From assembly GCA_964658305.1 (NCBI GenBank), contig OZ210885.1:14074001-14138000 (forward strand): 64,000 nt of DNA. Reading direction: 5' to 3'. Numbering within the stretch: position 1 is the first letter of the stretch; each line of letters starts with the position of its first letter. The stretch is from Leptogorgia sarmentosa. Lineage: Eukaryota. This document shows, piece after piece, positions 12,461 through 24,894 of this stretch. Made by a program: the position numbers and the translations under genes. The notes under the pieces were generated by a model, which saw nothing but the letters and a program-made list of their open reading frames with translations, searched no databases and was not told the origin of the DNA.

Positions 12461-13930
12461 GTGGCAAACACATTGAACTATATATAACTGGAAGGCTACC
12501 TTCATATTAACGGGAACGAAAAAAATGAAGCCAAAATTTTGCGTGGAATTACCCCCAGACACACGTGTCTGGGGGTAATTTCACGCGAGTTCAGCTGCGT
12601 GACATTCTCGCGCGGTAGAAAGGAGCGAACAAGTCAACAACATGTTGTCCAAAGAGAGCGGAGGAATTTGCGATGCGATAGAGAAGTAATTTTGCTGTTT
12701 TTTTACCGTTTCAAAGCCTTTTCTTGTGCTATGAATACAGAAAAATTAAATTTTATGGCGATCGAATGAATTTCTGTAAGGGAAACTCGCCGAAAACAAA
12801 CGATTGTGTCTCGATTAAAACGGATCTCATGTGCTGACATATTGATTCGAAAGCTGGCTACAAATAGAATCACAACAGATTTTAGTCTATGACTATGTCA
12901 TGGTCGCCTGTGGGCGAACAATGTTTGAAAAATGTCAAGGATAGACGAAAAATCACAGCCCGACATAGCAAAAGTGGCATAACCTCAAAAGGCCACTTAT
13001 CGCCGTTCGGGGTTTTTTACAAAAAGCGCTAGTTTTTTCAGGCAGCACCATACAAAATTTGGCAAAAACTGGTCATTATTATGAAAACCAAACATTCACC
13101 AAATTTTTGTTACATATAAATGATTCATATCCTCCTAAAACTATTTTTTGCGAATTTTGTACAAGTTTTTTCAACAAAAAACAGAAATGTTTTTGTTTTG
13201 GCCGTGTCTACATTGCGTGAAAAGACTGGGGCCGATTTGGCTTCAAGTTTCCGGCCGGAAGTAGCCTTCCAGTTTTATTTAGTTCAATGGGCAAACATGA
13301 ACAATCCAAGATGGCTGCTCAACCGGTCCAGGTATATTTCGTATCCGTTTTCTGGTATACTCGACCTTGTTTGCAACCGGGCGATTTAAAAGCGATTCAG
13401 GAAACTGAAATATGTAGTTTTTCTTTGTTACAACTACCGTAGAAATATCTTCGTCATTTTAGACGTTTTTTCATGGTGTCTGCGCTCAATATACCGAAAG
13501 AGTACTGACAGTTTCTGAGTTTTTTCATTTTAAAGCGAGCGGCCATTTTGTATTTTTGTGACTTTGTGATTATATTTTGTCTTGATTGGTCATGTGCTTC
13601 AATGTGTTTTAAAACTATTAAATAAAACATGCTTGTGTATCAGCCCATAATGCTTGCGATCAATATACAGCGTTAATACGCCGAGGATTTGCATTTTCGC
13701 ATAATTGTCTCATTTATGCAAGCATAAGCATAACATAAGCAAATGAAGACCTTGCGTTCTTTCTTGTGCTTATGTTATGCTTATGTTGGTTTATTTCTTC
13801 GTATGCTTATGCTTGCGCTAATGCTTATATGTTCAGTGAGAAGCAACCTTTAACCTCGCTGTCTCGTTTTGCCCCGAATTATGCTAAGTCAAGTGTTTTC
13901 GGAACTCGATCTAATTGTGTTTGGCTTTCT

Positions 13931-16280
13931 AATACCGAAAAGTGGTATACTCGACCAGCTGCAATAAACTCGACCTTCAGGTGACAAAATGTTGTACATG
14001 CACATTAGTAATTTACTGCCAGTTATTGTTAAACCTTTAAAACAAATCTCTACCCAACAGCTTATAAAATTTACCAACAAATATACAATGCAACAGATAT
14101 AGAAGGTCGACAATACCAAAAAGTAGTATACTCGACCGCCTTCAATAAACTCGACCTTCAGGTGTCAAAATGTTGTACATGCACGTTAGTAATTTGCTGC
14201 CAGTTATATATTGTCAAACCTTTCAAAAAAAATCTCTACCCAACAGCTTATAAAATTTAACAACAAATATATAATTCAATAGTTAGGAGGTCGACAATAC
14301 CGAAAAGTGGTATACTCGACCGGCTTCAATAAACTCGACTTCAGGTGTCAAAATGCTGTACATGCACATTAGTAATTTTAATATACTGCCAGTTATTGTC
14401 CTACCTTGTCAAAAAAATCTCTACCAAACAGCTTATAAAATTTAGCAAGAAATATATAATTCAACAGATAGAAGGTCGACATGCAATACCGAAAAGTGGT
14501 ATACTTGACCGGCTGCAATAAACTCGACCTTCAGGTGTCAAAATGTTGTACATGCACCTTAGTAATTTACTGCCAGTTTTTGTCAAACCTTTCAAAAAAA
14601 ATCTCTACCCAACAGCTTATAAAATTTAACAACAAATATATAATTCAATAGTTAGAAGGTCGACAATACTGAAAAGTGGTATACTCGACCGGCTGCAATA
14701 AACTCGACCTTCAGGTGTCAAAATGTTGTACATGCACGTTAGTAATTTACTGTCAGTTATTGTCCCACCTTTCAAAAAAAATCTGTACCCAACAGCTTAT
14801 AAAATTTACCAACAAATATATAATTCAATAGTTATAGAAGGCCGACAATACTGAAAAGTGGTATACTCGACCGGCTTCAATAAACTCGACCTTCATGCAG
14901 TTGTCAAAATGAATCTGTGCATGCAGCTTATAAAATTTACGAACAAATTATACAATGCAACATACAGATATAGAAGGTCGGCTATACCGAAAAGTAGTAA
15001 ACTCGACCGCCTTCAATAAACTCGACCTTCATGCGGTTGTCAAAATGAATCTGTGCATGCAGCTTATAAAATTTACCAACAAATATACAATGCAACAGAT
15101 AGAAGGTCGACAATACCTAAAAGTGGTATACTCGGCCGGCTTCAATGAACTCGACTGGCTGCAATAAACTCGACCCGGCCTCATGCAGTTGTCAAAATGA
15201 ATCTGTGCATGCAGCTTATAAAATTTACCAACAAATATACAATGCAACAGATATAGAAGGTCGACAATACCGAAAAGTAGTATGCTCGACCGCCTTCAAT
15301 AAACTCGACCTTCAGGTGCCAAAATGTTGTACACACACGTTAGTAATTTACTGCCAGTTATTGTCCTACCTTCCAAAAAAAATCTCTACCCAAGAACTTA
15401 TAAAATTTAACAACAAATATACAATTCAATAGTTGGAAGGTCGACAATACCGAAAAGTGGTATAATCGACCGGTTGCAATAAACTCGACCTTCAGCTGTC
15501 AAAATGGTGCACCAACATATATACAATTCAATAATTGGAATTATAGGTTGACAATACCGAAAATTGTTGGTAAAATTTATAACTAAAGCTGTTGGGTAGA
15601 GATTTTTTGTGTAAGGTAGGACAATAACTGGCAGTAAATTACTAACGTGCATGTACAACATTTTGACCCTTCAGTGTCGAGGTTATTGTAGCCGGGTATA
15701 CCACTTTTCGGTATTGTCGACCTTCTATGTATTGAGTTGTATATTTGTTGGGGTGAATTTTATAATGGGCATGCACAGATTCATTTAGACAACTGCATGA
15801 AGGTCGAGTTTATTGCAGCCGGTCGATTATACCACTTTTAAGTATTGTCGACCTTCTAACTATTGAATCATATATTTGCGTTGGTAAATTTTATAAGCTG
15901 TTGGGTACAGATTTTTTGTGAAAGGTAGGACAGTGGCAGTAGATTACTAACGTGCATGTACAACATTTTGACACCTGAAGGTCGAGTTTATTGCAGCCAC
16001 GGTAGCACATTAGGCTGGGTGTTAAAACGGAAATTTCAAGTTAATGTCATTAGTGGGCATAACAGGGAAAAATATGGGTGAGTTGGTTTCTTAAGAGCAT
16101 TATGACGATGAAGTTTTAATATTGTTCCAACGAAGAATTATTTTTGGTGCGCAAATGCATAATTTGTGCACTCTTTGATTGCGTATGTGACACTATAACG
16201 CGCATGTAGCTATATTTTGGCACCTGAAGGTCGAGTTTACTGCAGCCGGTCGAGTATACCACTTTTCGGTATTGTCGACC
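13931..16280. repeat. About 180-bp tandem satellite with shorter 110-155-bp variants; orientation flips near 15563
   Basis: Core AATACCGAAAAGTGGTATACTCGACCGGCTGCAATAAACTCGACCTTCAGGTGTCAAAATGTTGTACATGCAC recurs near 13931, 14112, 14296, 14485, 14665, 14847, 14983, 15111, 15265 and 15445. Reverse-complement copies lie at about 15565-15997 and 16200-16280. Confidence 0.93.
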
Positions 16281-16941
16281 TTGTAATTGCAATTTGCAAT
16301 GCTGTATATGTTAAAAAGGTGTGACAATAAATCGGACACAGTAAAGTAATAGCTTGTAAGGCAATAACATTTTGACAATTAAACTCCCCGTTACCGTCCA
16401 CAGAGATAGTGTGTCAGTGAGAATGAATAAAAAAATCAACTGAATTTATATAATAAGTTATGCCCCAATAATTTGATTTTGACAAATCCCCTCCCCCGTC
16501 CCGTCCCGTCATCTCCTGTCCCCTGTGTCCCCTCCATCCCCTCCTCTAAATTTTCCCCTAAAGTGTCGGTCTGTATACTTTCACACAGTGTCGCGCCTGA
16601 CACAGTTTCAGAACTGAAAACATCATCCAAACTTTCATTATTACTGTATGGCTGTTGAGTTTCAGTTTTGTCAATTTGTTGTTGTTTTTGTTGCTCGTGT
16701 TGTTGTACCTGCGCCAGGTGTTTTTGCCAATCTTGTTTATTTCCTCGCATGCATGTCAAAAATATATTGATTTTGATTGGTTAATACTATCGTAGTACGT
16801 CCAAAAGTTGACTTCCAACGAACTCAAAGTTTTAATACGCAAACTCACCGGAAGTACGGGAATTTCAACAAAATTTCTAATCTACGCATGCTCACCTGTA
16901 TGTTACGTTACGGTACGCTCGAAGTGGAAAACAGCCTTTAA

Positions 16942-17298
16942 CCCCGAAATAATCGATCGTAAAGTGCTGCCAAGGCAGTCACATTGTTTCAAGACCTTCG
17001 AGCCTATCAACCGGTAAACTAACTTATTTTTCTTCAACTAATCGTTGCCATGAGTGGACAACAACAAGGACAACTCTGTCGCCGAAACGACGACTAAATA
17101 TACAGTGAGAATTGTGGACGACAAATCGCCTTCGTGTTTCTCTCCCAACACGCCGCTTTCTATTTCTTATCTTTCACAGAAGTCCTATAGAATATTCCAA
17201 CACCTCAAAGTTATCCAAAAGCTTCATTCTTGACCTGAAATGTCTCGAACGAAGTCAATGACTGTTTTGGCAGCACTTTACGATCGATTATTTCGGGG
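16942..17298. mobile_element. piggyBac-like MITE (357 bp)
   Basis: TTAA on both flanks (16938-16941, 17299-17302); CCCC..GGGG ends; 40-bp TIR CCCCGAAATAATCGATCGTAAAGTGCTGCCAA.. with 2 mismatches. Confidence 0.88.
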
Positions 17299-18394
17299 TT
17301 AATTCCATTCAAATTGCACAATTTTCATCCAAAACCTTCAGCACGGGTAGTTATTTCCAAAAAATGGTGCTAGAGCGTGATCGGAAACGTTATGCGGTCG
17401 TAAAATTCGAAAAACATGGTTTTCCCTATACTAGCTCCTATTAATTTTACCGGTTGAGCAGCCATCTTGGATTTTCAAAAGTTACCACACATTTTATACG
17501 GAGTCAGCAATCTAGGCTTCCTATATCTATGGCGTAAATGCATTGATTCAATGCGTAAATGTAAATTTTAAAACAAACTTTGAACCGCTTTCTGCGACTT
17601 GATCGACTTCAAAGTTCGAAGGTAAGTGTTTTACCTGTTGTTATATAGTGTTATATAAATAACAAGTTGTTACAACTCTGCTTTGAGTTCTGACTTGCGA
17701 TTGTTGGAAGTGGAACAATTTGTTACCAAGTTCAACGAGGTATTATTTCAGTCAAAATTTGCTCGAAATTCGAAAACCAACAAGAATAACCAAGGCCAGG
17801 TCACAAAGCTTGGTGGCTAGACCATTGAACTAAAATATATGGAATGCGAACTGCGGCTGGAAATTGAAGCCGAGATTTCCGGTTAGAACCCAGTCTTTTC
17901 TCGCGACAGACGAGCACAGCCAAAACACAAATATCAAATTATCAATCATGCCGCTGCCGGCAAAAGATTTTTTTATAAAGTTTGTGTTTTTTAATGAAAT
18001 TCACAAATATCATGCTCAGCTTTTCTTTTGAATTTACACTCACGTTATCTTTTTTTGTTTTTCGAATGGCAAGTGAAGCAGGAAAACACTCGATAACGAT
18101 AAAACGCCTTTTCAAGGCTGACTGCGAAAAATTATTTTTATGTACCTTCAACCTACATCCATACACAACTATAACAGCTCGTATGAGCAATAAATGAGAA
18201 ATAAATAGATAGCAATGACTGAAAATACTCATGTTCTTTTTGCATGAACATCCCCGAGACCCTGACGAATTGAATTACCAGGCAACTACTATTAACAACC
18301 CTTCCAGGGAAAAACTCATAGCGCATTTTAACACTGTTTGTTAAAGACGAAAGACAATTTCACTGCAAAAAAATTCACTTCATTAATACATATA

Positions 18395-20136
18395 CAGGGT
18401 GTCTCAAAAAAAAGGTAATCCAACTTTGGCGTGTCATTGTGTGCTAATTACTGGGTGTACGAACGTGATTTTTGCATGAGCATAAAGATCAGGGTCTTAG
18501 CTGTTGAATGACATATTTTTTGTACGATATGGAAGAAAATCAGGCAAATGCGAGATTGTTGAAAAATCTCGGTGAAAAACGCATTCTTTCACCTCTGCGA
18601 ATTGAGCACAGGCCTATTGAAAAGCAATTCCCTTTGGGACTTAAAGCCTCAATTACACATCAATTAACTAGGCGTATCGGCATTTGCCTACATTCGCAAG
18701 TTCATGCAAATCGTGTCACACAAACGCAAAGATGGTTCAACTTACGAGAGAGCAAAGAACTTTTGTTGTTAAAACGTTTTACGAGACAGGCAGTTTGCAA
18801 ATAACACGCGACAGATTTGGCGAACGCTTTCCTGAGCGGCAACCACCTGCTCTTAAAACGATTTGGGCGAATGTAAGAAAGTTTTCTGAGCACGGTACGA
18901 TTTTGAATCGAAACAAGGGGAATTCAGGCAGAAAACGCACTGGACGATCGGACGAAAACATCGAGGCAGTGAGGCAGCGACTTGAAGAGCAACCAACAGG
19001 GACTAGCGCTCGACGAAATGGTGTTGGCCTGCCACATGCAACATTCAACAGAATAACGAGGCTGGATCTCAGAATGCACCCTTACCGCATGCACATCCGA
19101 CATCAACTCCTTCCTCAAGACCACGCTCGGCGCATGCAGTTCGCCCGGTGGCTGGTTGACCGTTGTGCGCAAAACGAAGAGTTCCTTCGGCCATTCGTCA
19201 TTGGAGATGAAGCTGGTTTTGCTATGAACGGAAAGGTGAACACTCAAAACGTAAGGGAGTATGCACCTGTAGGCCAAGCGCCCGAATTTAATTTTGAAGT
19301 AACTATCAGTCGAGAAAAATTGACCGTTTGGATCGGACTTTGTGGCAATGGTCAGATTATCGGGCCATTTTTCTTCAACAGAAATGTCGATGGCTTAACC
19401 TATCTGGATATGATCAACAACGACGTGATACCACAACTGGAAGAACATTTTGAGAGGCAAATTGAAGGAGCGTTCCGTAATGTCTGGTGGGTGCAAGATG
19501 GTGCCCCAGCACATCGTTTAATTGCCGTTCGAGAGCGTTTACGAGAGCTGTTTGGACAACGCGTCATTGCTCTTTACCATAACGTGGAATGGCCTCCGCG
19601 ATCCCCCGACCTTACCCCCTGTGACTTTTTTCTTTGGGGATACCTAAAGAGCAAAGTTTACACAAGCCCTCCCGTAGATCTTGTCGACTTGCAGAACCGA
19701 ATCCGCAATGAAGTTGACGCGTTAAGAAATTCTCCGGCGACGATCAGAAGAGTCATGCAAGCAATGCGACAGCGATGTCAGTTGTGTATCGAGAGAGACG
19801 GTGGCCATGTCGAAGGTGTAGGAGCATGATTTTAGTGATTTCGAACATTTTAATGTAAATACGTTTGAATAAATTAAAGAAAGTTTTTGACACATTTGTG
19901 ATTGATTGGTTTTTCTTTTGTCTAACACTGGCGCAGAGGTGAAAGAATGCGTTTTTCACCGAAATTTTTCAACACGCTCACATTTGCCTGATTTTCTTCC
20001 ATATCGAACAAAAAACATGTCATTCAACAGCTAAGACCCTGATCTTTATGACCATGCAAAAATCACGTTTGTACACCCAGTAATTAACGCACAATGGCAT
20101 GCCAAAGTTGGATTACCTTTTTTTTGAGACACCCTG
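18395..20136 (+). mobile_element. Tc1/mariner transposon, DD41D (rosa/Visitor) type with long TIRs
   Basis: TA on both flanks; imperfect TIRs of about 205 bp (18395-18599 / 19932-20136) starting CAGGGTGTCTCAAAAAAAAGG; a single central ORF. Confidence 0.95.
18732..19829 (+). CDS. Intact DD41D transposase, 365 aa
   Basis: ATG at 18732 (MVQLTREQR); motifs IGDEAGF, QDGAPAH and WPPRSPDLTPCDFFLWG; 41 residues counted between the 2nd and 3rd Asp. Confidence 0.93.
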   Translation: MVQLTREQRTFVVKTFYETGSLQITRDRFGERFPERQPPALKTIWANVRKFSEHGTILNRNKGNSGRKRTGRSDENIEAVRQRLEEQPTGTSARRNGVGLPHATFNRITRLDLRMHPYRMHIRHQLLPQDHARRMQFARWLVDRCAQNEEFLRPFVIGDEAGFAMNGKVNTQNVREYAPVGQAPEFNFEVTISREKLTVWIGLCGNGQIIGPFFFNRNVDGLTYLDMINNDVIPQLEEHFERQIEGAFRNVWWVQDGAPAHRLIAVRERLRELFGQRVIALYHNVEWPPRSPDLTPCDFFLWGYLKSKVYTSPPVDLVDLQNRIRNEVDALRNSPATIRRVMQAMRQRCQLCIERDGGHVEGVGA

Positions 20137-20291
20137 TACATAGCTATTTGGTTATTTGATTACACGAAAAACATGCCAGTCGGATGTGTAATATGTGGGT
20201 GTACTAGTGGAGCACATTCTTCTGCTGAAGCTATTCCATTTCACAGGTATTTATTTATGTTTTGTAAAAACTTTACTAAAACTTCAAATAA

Positions 20292-21067
20292 GGCCGAGGG
20301 AATTGAGGTTTCAGTTTACCGTCACCCGCCCGTGTCTGTTTTTGACAGCCGCGTAAAATTTTCATTATTTGACCTTTTTTTCATTATTTCTTTTTTATTG
20401 GCAGAAAATATTTTAGGTAAACATAGCATAATTTAAAACGTGTACGTACCACATTCACAGCACTGCGTTTGCAAATTGGAATAATAACATAGTTTAGTTG
20501 TTCCATGGGCCTGCTAGCAGGCTAAATAATCGAAAAAACTGGCTTTTCATTGGCTTGTCAACCACTATCGCTTAGGTGAGGCAAATAAATTAAATTAATT
20601 CACAATTAATTCACGAAGGACAAGGCAAAAAGAAAGATAACACATGGAATGATGCAAATGTAAAAATGTAAGTTCACTCTTGCGTAGCGAAATATGTTTT
20701 AATATGTACATTTACAAAATAGTGTAAATACAGGTTTGAGAGAAGGAAGTTTTAATTTAGTATATGTAGTTTTGTGGATGGCTATTTGTTGTTTTGATAT
20801 TTGATGAATTGTTTATTTAATAAATATACATATTGCATTGTACATTTCATAGTTCAATAGCAGACCAAACGCAGAAAAGTGTTTATTAATATATCCTATG
20901 TCAAATGCTTTTTAATACTACAAAAATACTAGAACAATACTGTTTTAATTTGTCAGCCTTCCACATGTCTGTACACTTGAAATAATGAATAATAAATAAT
21001 GAAAATTTTCCGCGTGAAACTTTTAATTATGCAGTGACGGTAAACTGAAACCTCAATTCCCTCGGCC
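20292..21067. mobile_element. PIF/Harbinger-like MITE (776 bp) in intron 1 of the P transposase
   Basis: Perfect 34-bp TIR GGCCGAGGGAATTGAGGTTTCAGTTTACCGTCAC; TAA on both flanks (20289-20291, 21068-21070). Confidence 0.9.
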
Positions 21068-21507
21068 TAACGTCGAGTTATGTTGAAAAAAGTGTGAATA
21101 TAAAAAATAAAACAAACATTAAATATGATACTGAGTACTTTTAAAAAATATAACAAAAAAAACAAGCCTCTTTTTCCTATTTCCCAACACTAAAATACAG
21201 AAAAACACACATTTTGACTTTCACCATTGTATACATCACCTATAAAAAAAAATGAATAAGACAAGCAGAAAGACAGAAAAGTGAGAAAAACTAAAACTAC
21301 ATAGCAAATTTAAAAATTGTTGTTGCAGATTTCCTTTAAAAAATAATGCTCTGCTGAAATATTGGGAGAATAACGTTCAAAAGGTGAATGAAAAGCCATG
21401 GCAAGCAGACAAATACAGCCGTTTATGCAGCAAACATTTCCAGTCAACTGATTATATCCTACCACCTTCATCAAACAACACATGTCGACTTAAAAATTAT
21501 GCTTTTC

Positions 21508-22476
21508 CAGGGCCGGATTAACATCGCGCAGGGCCTGTGGCAGATGTTCAGCACGGGGCCCCTCATATAAGGAACGGTTTGAAATTTGGGGGGGGGGAGG
21601 TCGAGTCTCACGACTTTGAATTTAGAGCCTCTAAATTGCCGGAAACGGCCATTTCAGAGTGTTAACCAAAGCCTTAACACTCAGAATAGAGTCTAGAGGT
21701 CTTACTGATATTGTAGTTGGAAGAAGCTTTATCTGATTTAAGCCAAAAAGGTGCCATTTTGACTTTTAGGCGAATTGGGCCTTGCCTTTTGATTTGCAAA
21801 GCCTCACGTTTTTTTAAATTTGGTCTGATCTATGGGGCCTCACTCTTCAGAGTAATCTTGTTTTACTTTTGTGGAGCTGCCGGGTTTTTTGTGCCCTTTA
21901 TTGTCTACCCAAGCGCCGAAAAAAATTACAGCTATTTTAGAATTGGTTTTAAAAAGTAACACCGTTCGCTCCGTCTGCACTGTCCGCTTTGTTCGCTCCG
22001 TCTGCACCGTCCGCTTTGTTTGCTCCGCCGGCTTCACTCGCTCTGTTCGCTCCGTCCACTCCGCCCGGTCCGTCCACTGCGCTCGCTCTGCCCGCTTCCC
22101 TCGCTCCTTCCGCTCCGTCTGCCTCGCCCGCTGTGTTCGCTCTGCCCGTTGTGTTCGCTCTGCCCGCTGTGTTCGCTCTGCCCGCTGTGTTCGCTCTGCC
22201 CGCTGTGTTCGCTCTGCCCGCTCCGTTCCCCTCGCTCCGCCAGCTCTGTTTGCTCCGCTCGCTCCGGCCACTCTGTCCGCGCTGTTCGCTCCCCTCGCTC
22301 CGTCCGCTCCATGCGGGGGAGTGAGTGGAGCGGACGGAGCGAGGGAAGCGAACGGAGCAGACAGAGCGAGTGGAGCAGATGGAGCAAACGAAGCGGACAT
22401 AGCGGACACTGGGGGCTCCCAAAACGGGGGGCCCGTGGGCAGACACCCTTTCTGCCATAGGGTTAATCCGGCACTG
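21508..22476. mobile_element. Non-autonomous hAT (969 bp) inserted at the end of the THAP domain
   Basis: TIR CAGGGCCGGATTAAC / GTTAATCCGGCACTG; 8-bp TSD TGCTTTTC (21500-21507, 22477-22484). Confidence 0.92.
21961..22410. repeat. GC-rich 9/18-bp minisatellite with an inverted block
   Basis: (GCTCTGCCCGCTGTGTTC)n and variants run to about 22310, followed by complementary GGAGCGGAC/GAGCGAAC units at 22320-22410. Confidence 0.9.
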
Positions 22477-24894
22477 TGCTTTTCCATCCAATTCAACTGT
22501 ACCTTCTGACCCCCCAACATTAGTAGCACATGATGAGGAACTAAACATGAGAATAAACAAGAGACCATGCCCAGCAAATGCAATTTTACCGCCAGAAAAA
22601 AGGCCACGAGTTTTCCCAGGTGATGAAACAGATGACTCACACAACAGGTTACAGAAAAAAATACGTGCCCTACAGCAAAAACTAAGAAGAACCAAGAAGA
22701 AGATGAATACCATGCATGAAGTCATTCAATTTCTTGAAGAAAAATTAGTTTTAAATTCTGACGAATCACAAGCTCTACAGTCCACCCTCAACAACACTCA
22801 ATTGAAGTTTCTTTACAACTTTAAGGACAACATCAAGTCTAACCAATCAGCTAGAAGATACAGTGATGAAATTAAGGAATTTGCTTTGACATTGTACTTC
22901 TATTCTCCCAGAACATATAAATATGTCAGATCCTTAGTTCCACTCCCAAACCCATCAATGATTAGGAAGTGGTGTTCCTCCTTCAAGTGTGACCCAGGAT
23001 TTATCCATGAGGCTTTCACATCCCTTTCTCAGATGGTAGCCGAATCGGATATAAACAAAGATTGCTGTTTGGTGATAGATGCAATGTCTATCCGCAAACA
23101 AACCATTTGGACTCCACAAAAAGACTTGTACACAGGATTTGTAGACCTTGGAAATGAGATTCCTGATGAACATCCAGACAAATTGGCTACAGAAGCTTTG
23201 GTTTTTCTTCTTGTAGGCACAAGAAGTCACTGGAAATGTCCTGTGGGATACTTCTTGACTGATAAGATGAATGCAAAGGACCAAGCCACACTGGTGAATA
23301 AATGTCTTGAAAAAGCTGCAAATGCTAATTTAAAAGTATGGTCAGTAACAGCAGATGGCACAGCTATTAACATTAGCACATTCGAAATACTGGGTTGCCA
23401 ATTTTCTGGCAACTATGAATCGATGAAAATTTCCTTCAAGAATCCAAAAACCAATGAAGATGTCTTTGCAATTCTCGACCCCTGCCACATGTTAAAACTG
23501 GCTCGAAATGCACTGGCAGATATGGGATCTTTTACTGATGGATATGACAATATTATAAGATGGGCACATATCTAAGAGCTCCAGAATATACAACAAAAAG
23601 AAGGATTGAACCTTGCAAACAAACTGTCATCCAATCATATACAATTTCAAAGCCATAAAATGAAAGTGAGTCTCGCTGCACAAACTCTAAGTTCCTCGGT
23701 AGCAGATGCGATTGAGTTTCTGGACAGAACAAAGAACTTGTCAAGCAACAGCAAAGGGACAACCACCTTTATTCGAACAATTGATGAACTTTTTGACATG
23801 TTAAATTCTAGAAGCCCAATAGGGAAAGGTTTCAAAAAACCATTAAAAGTTTGCGACAGAGAAAAATGGCAGGCATCCTTATCAAAGGCAGAGTACCTTT
23901 TGAAATTGAAAACAAATGCAGAGCATCCTCGACAACTGTCTCACACCAAGAGGAAAACATTCATAATTGGATTCCTGGCCTGTATAAAATCAACTATTCA
24001 ATGGCTAACCAAATGTTTGAACCAACTACTAAACCTAAACTTTTCAACTATTTATTAACATACAAATTCTCCCAGGACCACCTTGAACTACTATTCTCAT
24101 GTATACGTTCCAGAAGAGGGTGGAATAATAATCCCAATTGCCTTCAAATGAAGTACGCTCTCAGGAAAATGCTCATGCGGAATGCTATAACAGCATCAAA
24201 GAATGCGAACTGTGTTGATTTCACTGGCTGCAGTAACATTATTCCAATTTTTCACACAAGAAAGCATCAGACAAAAATCAGTGGAACAGGCTGAAGAGAA
24301 CAAAGAGGATGGTTCAAATTCCTGTGAGGAAAATGAAATGAACCTCATGTGTGAACGTTTAGCATTTCAGGAGCATAGCAAATTTATTCAGAATGGTCTT
24401 TTCTATATTTCTGGATATATTGTGGTAAAGCTTATGGATAAACTCTCTTGTTCAGAGTGCAAAAAATGCCTACACAGCTGCCTGCCAATGGACACGATTA
24501 TACGGCAAGTCTATATCATGACTGTGGGAAGGCATCAGCTTTCACAACTTTTGTGAACAAATGCGGTTTGCAGATACCGTCAACATCGGTCTTCAGAACA
24601 ATCGAGTATTGTGAGCATCTATTTCGCTCGAACATAGCAGGAGAAAACGGCCAGTACATCAGCCACAAATCTAATTTAAAGAAAAAGATGATTATCCAAG
24701 TGTGCCAACATTTCTCCCTTGATTCAACCAACGAACTTTTTCCCGAGCACGAAGAAGGACTTAACAAGATCATATTCGAAGATGATCACAGAACAGGATT
24801 AATAAAATGTGTGGTGGACAAATACCTTACACTGCGGTTGTTTACTTACGGGAAGAAGTACACAATCAAAGCGTTAGACATAGACTTAACAAAG

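Larger units (their letters stand above)
10608..17531. mobile_element. Non-autonomous TIR element with P-element-like ends carrying nested repeats
   Basis: Perfect 28-bp TIR CATAGATATAGGAAGCCTAGATTGCTGA (10608-10635 / 17504-17531); flanks GCATAAAT / GCGTAAAT (8-bp TSD, 1 mismatch). CAT..ATG ends with an 8-bp TSD fit the P superfamily. It has no transposase of its own. Confidence 0.75.
20173..24865 (+). pseudogene. P-element/THAP9-like transposase, spliced, disrupted
   Basis: THAP finger split by an intron: MPVGCVICGC..PFHR (20173-20247), then FPLKN..YW..RLCSKHF..LKNYAFP (about 21330-21507). Core motifs IDAMSIRK, VTADG, DPCHMLKLARN and SQDHLELLFSCIR. Stop at 23573 plus frameshifts; termini not found. 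Confidence 0.9.

Noticed and set aside
13931..15560. CRISPR-like array (regularly spaced conserved core with a dyad)
   Set aside because: The intervening sequences are themselves repeated rather than unique spacers, no cas genes are present, and the context is eukaryotic.
21840..22725. Six overlapping 110-266-aa ORFs
   Set aside because: They arise from a stop-free GC-rich minisatellite inside a TSD-bounded MITE.
20173..24865. Domesticated host THAP9 gene
   Set aside because: Premature stop, frameshifts and an exonic insertion indicate a dead transposon copy.
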